Below, in pieces: positions 28,801 to 36,166 of a DNA stretch of 64,000 bases (its first letter is position 1; the number at the start of each line of letters is the position of its first letter). Position numbers and translations under genes: made by a program. This stretch comes from Myxococcota bacterium (GTDB lineage: Bacteria; Myxococcota_A; UBA9160; UBA6930), in assembly GCA_965223415.1 (NCBI GenBank), contig OZ245002.1, positions 320,001-384,000 of the forward strand, in the 5' to 3' direction. Under the pieces are notes generated by a model that saw nothing but the letters and a program-made list of their open reading frames with translations, had not been told where the DNA came from and did no database searches.

Positions 28801-30934
28801 GGCCGTTGCCGTCCACGTCCGTGGCCAATACCGAGAAGCTCAGGGTCTGACCGGGCAAGACCGTGCGGTCGCCGACCATCACGATCGTGGGCGCGTTGTT
28901 CACCAGACCGACGGCGACGGTCACCGTCTCCGAGGCGGTCTGGACGGGGCTGCCGGCATCGGTGGCCGTGATGGTCATCGTGTGACTTCCGACGTCCGCC
29001 GCACCCGGGGTCCAGCTGAAGTTGCCCGTGCCGTCCCCATTGTCCACGAAGCTCGAGCCAGCCGGGGCGCCGCTCACCGCGCAGGAGACGGCGTCGCCGT
29101 CGGGATCGGTGGCGCTCACCTGGAAGGCGACCAGCTGGTTCGTGTTGGCCGCGTGATTGCCGATCGGAGCCACCGTCGGCGGGCGGTTCACGTCGCCCAC
29201 CGTGATCGTCAGGGTCTCCTGATCCTGGGCGACGGGAGCGCCGTCGTCGGTGGCCGAGATCGTGATGGCGTAGTTCCCGGCCTCGCCGAAGCCCGGGGTC
29301 CAGGCCAGGGTGCCGGTGCCGTCGCCGTTGTCCTGGAGCGCGGCGCCCAGCGGGGCGTTGGCGAGCTGGAGGACGAGCCCGTTTCCGTCCGGATCGGTGG
29401 CGCTCACCGCGAACTGCAGGAGCTCGCCCTCGTTCACCGAACGGTCTCCGATGGCCGCGAGCACCGGCGGACGGTTGACGTCGCCCACGGTGATCGTGAT
29501 GGATTCGGTGGCGTTCAGGACCGGCGTTCCGCCGTCCATCGCGGTGAAGCTCACCACGTGGTTGCCGCTCTGGGCGAAACCCGGCGTCCAGGCGAAGCTT
29601 CCGGTGCCGTTGCCCGCGTCCGTGAAGGTCGCGCCCTGGGGCAGCCCGGAGGCCTGGAGCGTCAGCGCGTCGCCGTCCGGATCGCTCGCCATCACGGTGA
29701 GCTGGAGGGCGACGCCCTCGTTCACCGTCTGGTTGCCGATCGGCGTGAGGAGCGGCGCCCGATTCACGTCGCCCACCGAGATCGTGATGGTCTCGGAAGC
29801 GGTGGCCGGCGGTGCGCCGTCGTCGGTGGCGCTGAAGGTCACGTCGAAGTTGCCCGTCTGGCCGAAGCCCGGCGTCCAGCTGAAGCTGGCGGTGCCGTCG
29901 CCGTTGTCGGCGAAGGCGGCGCCGGAAGCCAGATTCGCAGCAGCGAGGCTCAGGCCGTCGCCGTCCGGATCGCTCGCCGAGATGGTCAGGGCCAGCGTGT
30001 CGCCTTCGTTCACGCCCTGGTTGCCGATGGGCACGAGCGCCGGCGGGCGGTTCACGTCGCCCACGGTGATCGTGATCGACTCCGCGTCCGAAAGCGGGGG
30101 AGTGCCGTTGTCCGCGGCAGTGAAGTTGACGGAGAAGCTGCCGGCCTGGTCGAAGGCGGGCGTCCACGAGAAGGCCGCAGTGCCGTTGCCGGCATCGTTG
30201 AAGCTGGCGCCCGTCGGGAGGTTGCCGGCGGTCAGCGTGAGCGGGTCACCGTCCGGGTCGCTGGCAGAGAGGGTGAGGGAGAGCGTGCCGCCCTCGTTCA
30301 CGCTCTGGTTGCCGATCGGAGCCAGGACCGGTGCCTGGTTCGCGTTGAAGATCGTGATCGACACGGTCTCCATGGCGGTGCCGGAGCCATCGCTCACACT
30401 GAAGGTGACGCTGTAGATGTTCGCTTGTCCCACGGCGGGGGTCCAGGCGAAGGAGCCCGTGCCGTCGCCGTTGTCGGTGAAGCTCGCGCCGCTCGGAAGC
30501 GGCGTGGCGGTGAGACTGAGGGTGTCGCCGGCATCCGGATCCGTCGCCGTGACCGTGAAGGCCAGGGCCTGGCCCTCGGTGCCCATCTTGGCGCCGATGG
30601 CGGCCAGCACCGGCGGCTGGTTGGCGGCGGGACAGAAGAAGCCGTAGTTGCCCGCATCCCAGGCTGCGGATTCGGCGGCTCGCGCGTTGCCGGAGTTCGG
30701 CAGCACGGCGGGGAAGCTGCTGTCGTGGCACAGGGTGCACTCGACGAAGAACACGGCGGGGTCGATGAGGTCCGCGTACGGGGTGCCGCGGCCCTGACCG
30801 GAGCAGAAGGCGTCCACGGTGGGGCCGAAATCGGAGGAAGCCTGCGCGCCGTCGGCAGTGCCGAAGGACAAGGCCAGGGCCAGGCCCAGCAGGGCCGTGC
30901 CGATGCGGCGGCGGAGGAAGGGGAAGCGCGTCAT
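25820..30934 (-). CDS. Large exported protein: heme c - 7 Ig/cadherin-like repeats - two basic domains - Gly linker - heme c - LamG - C-terminal domain
   Basis: Start ATG 30934 (GAGG RBS); signal peptide; CTLCH and CASCH; LamG motifs YSIEAWV, LQHVVMTFD, YVNG, AIHERALT. Confidence 0.85.
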   Translation of the reverse strand: MTRFPFLRRRIGTALLGLALALSFGTADGAQASSDFGPTVDAFCSGQGRGTPYADLIDPAVFFVECTLCHDSSFPAVLPNSGNARAAESAAWDAGNYGFFCPAANQPPVLAAIGAKMGTEGQALAFTVTATDPDAGDTLSLTATPLPSGASFTDNGDGTGSFAWTPAVGQANIYSVTFSVSDGSGTAMETVSITIFNANQAPVLAPIGNQSVNEGGTLSLTLSASDPDGDPLTLTAGNLPTGASFNDAGNGTAAFSWTPAFDQAGSFSVNFTAADNGTPPLSDAESITITVGDVNRPPALVPIGNQGVNEGDTLALTISASDPDGDGLSLAAANLASGAAFADNGDGTASFSWTPGFGQTGNFDVTFSATDDGAPPATASETITISVGDVNRAPLLTPIGNQTVNEGVALQLTVMASDPDGDALTLQASGLPQGATFTDAGNGTGSFAWTPGFAQSGNHVVSFTAMDGGTPVLNATESITITVGDVNRPPVLAAIGDRSVNEGELLQFAVSATDPDGNGLVLQLANAPLGAALQDNGDGTGTLAWTPGFGEAGNYAITISATDDGAPVAQDQETLTITVGDVNRPPTVAPIGNHAANTNQLVAFQVSATDPDGDAVSCAVSGAPAGSSFVDNGDGTGNFSWTPGAADVGSHTMTITATDAGSPVQTASETVTVAVGLVNNAPTIVMVGDRTVLPGQTLSFSVLATDVDGNGLGFTASGVPAGASFTDNGDGTSMFSWTPGATNTGSVVVTFTVTDDGIPAMSDQETVKIAIQGVASGFGISDATWWDTWKGQLVVTGAGASAGSTVEIIDADTGLVVGTVIAAADGTFTTGQCRTIKRRRGKKRRRVIRECLLPIQAPCEVQVRSGANLGLRTPVTNSVLQCGNGSPTLLQGSAVLKRMKRKRHDLMVVGDHALANQDVEIRDAETDALLQTVTADASGRFSWTDIRPAAVPCFVRLAAANQFSDPIPVQRKRKGKRGMRQLCPDPVSFPPPGPTASGGNGGAVGGNGGTGGGSGSGSGSGSGNTGGGNAGGGNTGGGNTGGGSGGGVDPVEQAMIDAFSQTVHPLNTQYCASCHDGSTGIGRPDIAHPDPTSAYRATYLTQKVNLTQPYASRLVQRLADGHFCWGDCADDAETMRAAIAMWAVLVGNTGNGGGQQSVTSGQQTMADGVEGGGNLRYDDAVIARWEFKEGTGNIARDTSGVMPALDLSLAGVDWLGGGGIEIKSGRAVASQMLSRKLYDELADPTTGTQEYSIEAWVFPEKIDQRGPARILTYSVDPYNRNFMLGQQNYQYAARNRSRASGISSNGTPTLYTDDDDRDLATELQHVVMTFDQTNGRRVYVNGVWTDDVDRNGGGTLDNWNPSYRFAIGNELTNNRLWKGKVYFAAIHERALTPAEILSHALAGFEERFLLRFDVSQWTGQAGSVIEMTVSDYDPFSYLFSHPTYVGPTGAGIAIRNLRIMVNGQVPVAGQAFRSIDTVASQSPQALSSLGSVIAKDQGPANDVFSIAFEVLGDNTDVVIDNDAPVVPGGFTTEVSPETGLRNFDQINDTMSVLTGVPKDTGSVERTFEGLTQQLPGSNDLRGFVSAHQVGAFKLGIEYCDRMVESRTLRENLFGTGFRFGADTFTAFQDPSAKQLIADRLVERFYGTGLADQPDTAQTRPHLVQLIDDLTTECTSPAACDREHTQSVVKAACTAVISSGPVLFH
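28620..30626 (-). repeat. Seven tandem ~96-aa (~288-nt) Ig/cadherin-like coding repeats
   Basis: Units of the form N(R/Q)xP.L..IG...V.EG..L...ATDPDG...P.GA.F.DNGDGT..F.WTP...V.F...D.G...ET..I.VG, counted seven times; boundaries approximate. Confidence 0.9.
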
Positions 30935-30995
30935 GTGGGACCTCGTGTGGTCGAGGGTTCGCGTCGGAGGCTTGCAGCGGGCTCGGCTGGGTCGA

Positions 30996-32198
30996 TCAAT
31001 CACCCATGCACCAGGTGGCGACCTCGGCGAAAACGCGCCTCATGCTGCGACCGCCCGTCTCGAAGACGTCGGCGATGCGCTCCACCTCGTCCCGATCCTC
31101 TTGCGAGCTCACGGGACGGAGGCAGAGTTGGCTGAAGACCTTCTCCACCTGGCAGACGGCGAACTGCCGACTGCCGGCCAGCTCCTGGCCGAGACTCTTG
31201 GGTCCCCTCCCCTCTCCCGTACCGGCTCCCCATCCGACCGCGGCGTTCGGTCCGTGACGCCAGTAGTTCGTCCAGCTGTCGTCCGGCGTGACGTAGCCGA
31301 ACGGGAAGCTGCTGGCGTTGACGAAGTACTTGGCCTGCACCTCGCCCGGCGTGTAGACGACCCGCCCCGCGTCGGCGTCCCACTCGAAGTAGGCGAATGC
31401 CTGGGCGAGCGGATCCATGCCGGTGTGACAGCCGGAGCAGTTGTTCAGGAAGACAGAGCTGTCGCCGCCGGGCGAGCGCGAGATGTCCTGGCGGATGCGG
31501 TCCGTCGGACGGGTCGTGTCCTTCAGGCCCTCGAGATCCGTGCACAGGAAGTTCATCGCAGCGAAGCGGAGCATTCGTCGGTTGGTGCCGGCCCGGAAGA
31601 AGGCCTCGCCGGCGGCGCGGGTGGTCATCACGCCGGCGGTCGCCGAGCTCGGCAGCTGGGAGCCGGGAAGGCCTGACTGGGACACCGCCATCAGCACGCC
31701 GGGATTCGACAGGTCGGCGCCGGAACCCTCGAGGGCTTCGTAGTGGCGGTTGTCGTCGTGGGCGTAGGGAACCTCGACGACGCCAGGGGACCCGATGTAG
31801 ACCATGTCCGCGGAGAGCACCCGGTCGAAGGGCACCTCGTCCCGGATCATCCCGATCGCCGTGGCGGAGTAGTCGTTGAGCGGCGCGAAGACCGTCTGCG
31901 CCTCGTTCGTCCAGGGCGTGACGAAGTTCTTCAGCGTCGAGGAGTAGAAGAGCGGATTCTCCATCGCGCGATAGGCGGCCTGTGCGGGCTGGCCCGCCTG
32001 GATGGCGTCCTGCATCTCCTGGAGAACGTCGTCCGCCGGAGGCACGCCCGCGAGGCGGTCGTGCATGCGCCGCGCCTGGTCGCGGGCTCCCGCCCAGGAT
32101 GCCGGGGAAGTGAACAACAGACATGCTCCCGCCAACAGCAGGACCACGGCTCGCCCTCCCCAGCGACGCCCCGGTTGGAAGAAATCCGGCTTGACCAT
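30996..32198 (-). CDS. Exported monoheme c-type protein (uncharacterised)
   Basis: Start moved to ATG 32198 (GGAG RBS); signal peptide ending SWA; ARRMHDRLAGVPP; a single CSGCH followed by MDPL. Confidence 0.8.
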   Translation of the reverse strand: MVKPDFFQPGRRWGGRAVVLLLAGACLLFTSPASWAGARDQARRMHDRLAGVPPADDVLQEMQDAIQAGQPAQAAYRAMENPLFYSSTLKNFVTPWTNEAQTVFAPLNDYSATAIGMIRDEVPFDRVLSADMVYIGSPGVVEVPYAHDDNRHYEALEGSGADLSNPGVLMAVSQSGLPGSQLPSSATAGVMTTRAAGEAFFRAGTNRRMLRFAAMNFLCTDLEGLKDTTRPTDRIRQDISRSPGGDSSVFLNNCSGCHTGMDPLAQAFAYFEWDADAGRVVYTPGEVQAKYFVNASSFPFGYVTPDDSWTNYWRHGPNAAVGWGAGTGEGRGPKSLGQELAGSRQFAVCQVEKVFSQLCLRPVSSQEDRDEVERIADVFETGGRSMRRVFAEVATWCMGD

Positions 32199-32398
32199 GG
32201 TGTCTCCCGCGAACCCGACGAAAACATGAAGCTCGTCTTCAGGGACGCAGTGATCCCATCGACCACGCCTTCGAGGCCGCTGGTGAGCCAACTCACGGCG
32301 ACTGGCCGGACGCAACGCGGCAGACAAGCCGCAGGTGTCAGGCAGGCGAGGGCCGCAGGCGTGGGCCGCGGCGGGAGATGCCACGCGGCCGGAATTCG

Positions 32399-32412
32399 GT
32401 GACGTCCGACAC
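32399..32412. promoter_or_regulatory. GTGACGTCCGACAC motif (CRP/FNR-like GTGA-N6-ACAC)
   Basis: 13/14 identical to 33414..33427; lies in the 229-nt gap upstream of 32198. Confidence 0.45.
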
Positions 32413-32427
32413 GTCCCGGATTCGCGC

Positions 32428-33300
32428 CTACTTCCAGCTGGTGGTGTTGTGGCAGATCTCGCAGATGTCCGGTGACGGGATGTGCCCCGGGTGCTTCCCC
32501 GTAGCCAGGACGCCATTGTGGCAGGTGAAGCACCCGCTCGTGATACCGGTGTGATCCATGACGCCGCGTCGGAAGTCCACCGTGTCGTGGCAGGCCTCAC
32601 AGCGGTTGTGGGTCGGGATGTGGTTCCGGTCCTTGCCCGGCGCCCTTCGACCGTCATGGCAGCTGGTACAGCCGTTCTTGATTCCGGTGTGGTTCATCCG
32701 CGCGCTGGCGAAGCGCACCACGTCGTGGCAGTCCTCGCAGCGATTCGACGTGGGCAGGTGGTCGCGGGTCTTGCCTGTTGTGCGGGACCCGTTGTGACAG
32801 CTGAAGCAGGCGCCGGTGATGCCCACGTGGTCGAAGCGGGCCCGCCGCCAGGTGAAGGTGGTGTGGCAGTCCTCGCAGCGATTCGACGTGGGCAGGTGGG
32901 CGGCGTACTTGCCCTCGGCCCAGGCCCCGTTGTGGCAGGCGCCGCAGGGATCCGTCACGTCCATGTGATCGAAGCGGGCGTGGCTCCAGGTGGCCGTCGT
33001 GTGGCAGTCGTCGCAGCGATCCGAGCTCGGCACGTGGTTCGCCGGCTTGCGGGTCCAGCCGGAGAGCCCCGCCCCACCGTGGCACGCGACGCAGGCGTCC
33101 GGCGTCGCGCCGAACTCGCCGCCCGGGTGGCAGCTCTCGCAGGCCGCCCGGGCGTGTCCCCCGGTCAGGGGGAAGCCCGTCGTCCAGTGGTCGAAGTCCT
33201 CGTAGTCCACCGGTTGGGTCGCGGCCGGTGCCGCCAGGAGCAGGACGAGCGCCAGCGCCCCGAGGGCCCGATGCGGTCCTGTGCGCCCGGTCGCAGTCAT
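32428..33300 (-). CDS. 11-heme c-type cytochrome
   Basis: Signal peptide; 11 CxxCH counted; ~46-aa two-heme repeat (F/M)(D/N)H....CxxCH(N/D)G...GK...H.P(T/S)...CxxCH. Confidence 0.93.
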   Translation of the reverse strand: MTATGRTGPHRALGALALVLLLAAPAATQPVDYEDFDHWTTGFPLTGGHARAACESCHPGGEFGATPDACVACHGGAGLSGWTRKPANHVPSSDRCDDCHTTATWSHARFDHMDVTDPCGACHNGAWAEGKYAAHLPTSNRCEDCHTTFTWRRARFDHVGITGACFSCHNGSRTTGKTRDHLPTSNRCEDCHDVVRFASARMNHTGIKNGCTSCHDGRRAPGKDRNHIPTHNRCEACHDTVDFRRGVMDHTGITSGCFTCHNGVLATGKHPGHIPSPDICEICHNTTSWK

Positions 33301-33413
33301 GTCCGTCCTTCCGATCCCGTCCGCGCCCTGGGGCGGCGGGGCCCCGGCACGAACCGGCAGCTACCCGGCCCGGGGCCTCAATTCTCCTACTCGTCCGATC
33401 GATGGAAGAACTT

Positions 33414-33427
33414 GTGACGTCTGACAC
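33414..33427. promoter_or_regulatory. GTGACGTCTGACAC motif within TGTGA-N6-ACACA (CRP-like box)
   Basis: One mismatch from TGTGA-N6-TCACA; lies between the divergent cytochrome and porin genes. Confidence 0.45.
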
Positions 33428-33449
33428 ACCGGCCCGAGCCGGCCCGTCG

Positions 33450-36095
33450 ATGGACACCACGGGTGAGACCCGTGGCGTCGAGGAGTGCCCGTTGCTGGCT
33501 GCACACAGGAGAGGAGGCGATGGCCGGCCCTGGCGCACGGGTGTGCGGGCCGTGGCGCTGCTCCTCCTCCTCGCGCCGCTGGCCGCCGACGCCCAGACGG
33601 CTCGGGGGCGCCTGCTCCGGGGCCTGGAGTTCGCTTCGGGCGGCCGCGAGATCCACGTCCGCATGGGCGTCCCGGTGCGCTACGTGCGGCACGCCCCGGC
33701 CGGCGCCAGCGATCGGTTCGAGGTCGAGCTGACACCCCTCGCCCAGGATCGGGTCGACCTGCTGTCCGAGCGCGGCGACGAGGCCCTGCGGGCGCCCGCC
33801 GCCGCCGGCAGCCCGCTGCGGGAGGTGCGCTACCAGGGCGGACGACGGCGCGAAGCCCGCTTGGAGCTGCGCTTCACCGAGACCGTGCGCATCGACGTCC
33901 GGCAGGGCTCGGACCTGCGCAGCCTCGTGGTGACCGTGGAGAAGCGTCGCCCTCGGCGAAAGCCGGCTCCGAGCCCGGAGCCCGCACCGGTCCCGGCCCC
34001 CGTCGCGCCGGAGCCCGAACCGCCCGCGATGACAGCGACACCGGACGCGCCGGACGCACTCCGCCATCCCTACGCGATCCAGCTCCACGCCGGCCCCGCG
34101 GCGGAACCCCTGCCCGACGTTCCCGACGGTCTGTTCAGCGCGGGCCTACAGCTCTACGAGGTGCCCCTCGAACGCGATGGCGAGGCCTGGCGTCGCCTTC
34201 GGGTGGGCTTCTTTGCCGACGAGGCCGAGGCCCAGGCAATGCGAGACCGCGTCGCCACCACCTTCCACGATGCGTGGGTCGTCCGCGCGACCCCCGAGGA
34301 GAGGGGAGCGGCTCCGCGAGCGAAGACCCACGCGGAGCGGGCGACGCCGCGAGCGGACGGCGTCGGCGACCGGCAAGCGGCTCCGCGTGCGGCCGCGCCG
34401 GAGACCCGCGAAGCCGCGGCACGAGAAGACACGGCCGAGATCCTGCCCGCCCCGTCGCCACCGGTTCCCGCGGCTCCGCTCCCGGCCGAGGACGCGGAGC
34501 TCGTGGCCCGCCTGCTGGGGGAGGGCCACGACGCGCTGGCCGCCGGCGAGCAGGAGCGTGCGGTCCAGCTCTTCACCAAGGTGCTCGCCTTCCCCGAGAA
34601 CCCTTCCACCCCCGAAGCCCTCGAGTGGCTCGGCCTCGCCCGCGAGCGCAAGGGCCAGCTCGCCCACGCCCAGGCCGAGTACCAGGCCTATCTGGAGCGG
34701 TATCCGGAGGGCGAAGGCGCCGTCCGTGTGCGGCAGCGCCTCGACGCGTTGCTCACCGCCCGTTCCGAGCCCACGCCGGCACTCCGCCCGGCGGCCACGA
34801 CCCGGCGCGCCAGCGACTTCGACGTCTTCGGCAGCGTCGCCACCGCCTACCGCCGCGACGAGCGAGAGGCCCGCGGCCTTGGCGACTTCCTCGTGGACTC
34901 GGCGTTCTTCAGCGACGTCTTCGTCGGGAGCCGCTGGCAGAGCGAGCGTTGGGACGTGCGCGGCGAGATGTCCGGAACCCACCTCTACGACTTCATCGAC
35001 GACGACACGGACTGGCGGGCGAACACCCTCTTCCTCGAAGCCCTCGGCCGCGGCCAGCCCTGGGGCTTCGGGGTGGGGCGGCTGCCGGGCAACCGGGCCG
35101 GGGTGATCGGCCGCATGGACGGCGTGCGCCTGAGCTACGAGCTGCAGCCCGGCTGGCGCCTTGGCAGCGTCGCAGGCTTCCCGGTCGACCCCTTCCTGCA
35201 GTCGACCCCGGACACGGATCGCCAGCTCTTCGGGCTGAGCCTGGAGACCCTCGAGCTCGTGGAGGGCGTGGACGTCGAGCTCTTCGCCATCCAGCAATGG
35301 GCGGAAGGCCTCACCGATCGAAGCGCGGTCGGCGCGGAGCTTCGCTATGCGGCGGAGGGGCGCTTCCTCGCCGGCCTGTTCGACTACGACCTCCACTTCG
35401 GCGCCCTGAATACGGCCTTCTTGATCGGGAACCTGCAGCTGCGCCCGGACACGGACCTGAACGTCCTCCTCGATTGGCGGCGCCTGCCCACCCTGGAGAC
35501 GCGCAACGCGCTGCTCGGGCAGCCCGACGACTCCCTCGACGACCTGAGGGATCGGCTGGGCGTGGGCGATCTCGAGTCCCTGGCCGAGGACCGCACGGCC
35601 CGCTCGCGGTCGGCCAGCCTCGGACTCACCCACCGACTCAACGAGCGCTTCCAGGTGTCCGGCGACCTCACGCTCTCGGACCTCTCGGGCACGCCGGCCT
35701 CCGGGGGCATCGAGGCCTTCGAGGGCACCGGTCGGCAGCTCTCGAGCTACCTCCAGGTGACCGGTACCGAACTCCTGCTGGCGGGCGACGTGGGCACCCT
35801 CGGCCTTCGCTGGGTGGACGCCCGGGAGATCGACGTGGTCGGCCTGCTGTGGAGCTGGCGATCGCCCCTGTGGCGACGCTTCCGCCTGAACCCGCTCCTC
35901 GATCTCGAGTGGCGGAGCCCGGACCGGGGCGGGCGCGTGTTCACCGTGCGCCCCGGGCTGCGGGTGGACATGACCCTGGGCCGGCTGACCCTCGACGCGG
36001 AGGGTCACTACATCTGGTCCGACGGCGCGCGCTTCCCGGGCGTCGAGGACGAGCAGGGCTACACGCTGCTGCTCGGCGTCCGATACGACTACTGA
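33450..36095 (+). CDS. Outer-membrane beta-barrel (porin-like) fused to periplasmic SPOR and TPR domains
   Basis: Start uncertain (33402, 33450 or 33543). Signal peptide ALLLLLAPLAADA; SPOR-like YAIQL...WRRLRVGFF...DAWV; TPR ALEWLGLARERKGQ..A..EYQAYLERYP; amphipathic strands ending LGVRYDY. Confidence 0.8.
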   Translation: MDTTGETRGVEECPLLAAHRRGGDGRPWRTGVRAVALLLLLAPLAADAQTARGRLLRGLEFASGGREIHVRMGVPVRYVRHAPAGASDRFEVELTPLAQDRVDLLSERGDEALRAPAAAGSPLREVRYQGGRRREARLELRFTETVRIDVRQGSDLRSLVVTVEKRRPRRKPAPSPEPAPVPAPVAPEPEPPAMTATPDAPDALRHPYAIQLHAGPAAEPLPDVPDGLFSAGLQLYEVPLERDGEAWRRLRVGFFADEAEAQAMRDRVATTFHDAWVVRATPEERGAAPRAKTHAERATPRADGVGDRQAAPRAAAPETREAAAREDTAEILPAPSPPVPAAPLPAEDAELVARLLGEGHDALAAGEQERAVQLFTKVLAFPENPSTPEALEWLGLARERKGQLAHAQAEYQAYLERYPEGEGAVRVRQRLDALLTARSEPTPALRPAATTRRASDFDVFGSVATAYRRDEREARGLGDFLVDSAFFSDVFVGSRWQSERWDVRGEMSGTHLYDFIDDDTDWRANTLFLEALGRGQPWGFGVGRLPGNRAGVIGRMDGVRLSYELQPGWRLGSVAGFPVDPFLQSTPDTDRQLFGLSLETLELVEGVDVELFAIQQWAEGLTDRSAVGAELRYAAEGRFLAGLFDYDLHFGALNTAFLIGNLQLRPDTDLNVLLDWRRLPTLETRNALLGQPDDSLDDLRDRLGVGDLESLAEDRTARSRSASLGLTHRLNERFQVSGDLTLSDLSGTPASGGIEAFEGTGRQLSSYLQVTGTELLLAGDVGTLGLRWVDAREIDVVGLLWSWRSPLWRRFRLNPLLDLEWRSPDRGGRVFTVRPGLRVDMTLGRLTLDAEGHYIWSDGARFPGVEDEQGYTLLLGVRYDY

Positions 36096-36166
36096 AGACC
36101 TCCTACGCAGGGGTTTGCGTGATCGCGCTCACCTCTTCGTGGGCAGGATCCCGCGATGGAGCACCC

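Noticed and set aside
25514..31135. 1873-aa plus-strand ORF, and similar long ORFs such as 1126..3048(-), 17823..21104(+), 39501..41483(+) and 50707..53355(+)
   Set aside because: They are antisense shadows of well-supported genes. High GC makes stop codons rare, and the translations show no recognisable motifs.
32199..32427. Possible riboswitch (for example c-di-GMP-I) in the 229-nt intergenic region
   Set aside because: A GGGACGCA string is present but on the non-coding strand, and the rest of the consensus is missing. An Rfam/Infernal scan would be needed to settle it.
33507..33545. Strong RBS (AGGAGAGGAGG) with ATG 33520 out of frame with the porin, suggesting a frameshift
   Set aside because: In-frame starts exist (33402, 33450, 33543) and the signal peptide is intact. 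A frameshift cannot be supported without reads or homologues.
33485..36166. Long N-terminal extension of ORF 33485..37501, and likewise of 56103..59969, 44787..46886 and 6246..8297
   Set aside because: These extensions overlap real genes in other frames and are Arg/Pro/Gly-rich noise. Starts were reassigned using RBS, stop-start overlaps and motif onset.
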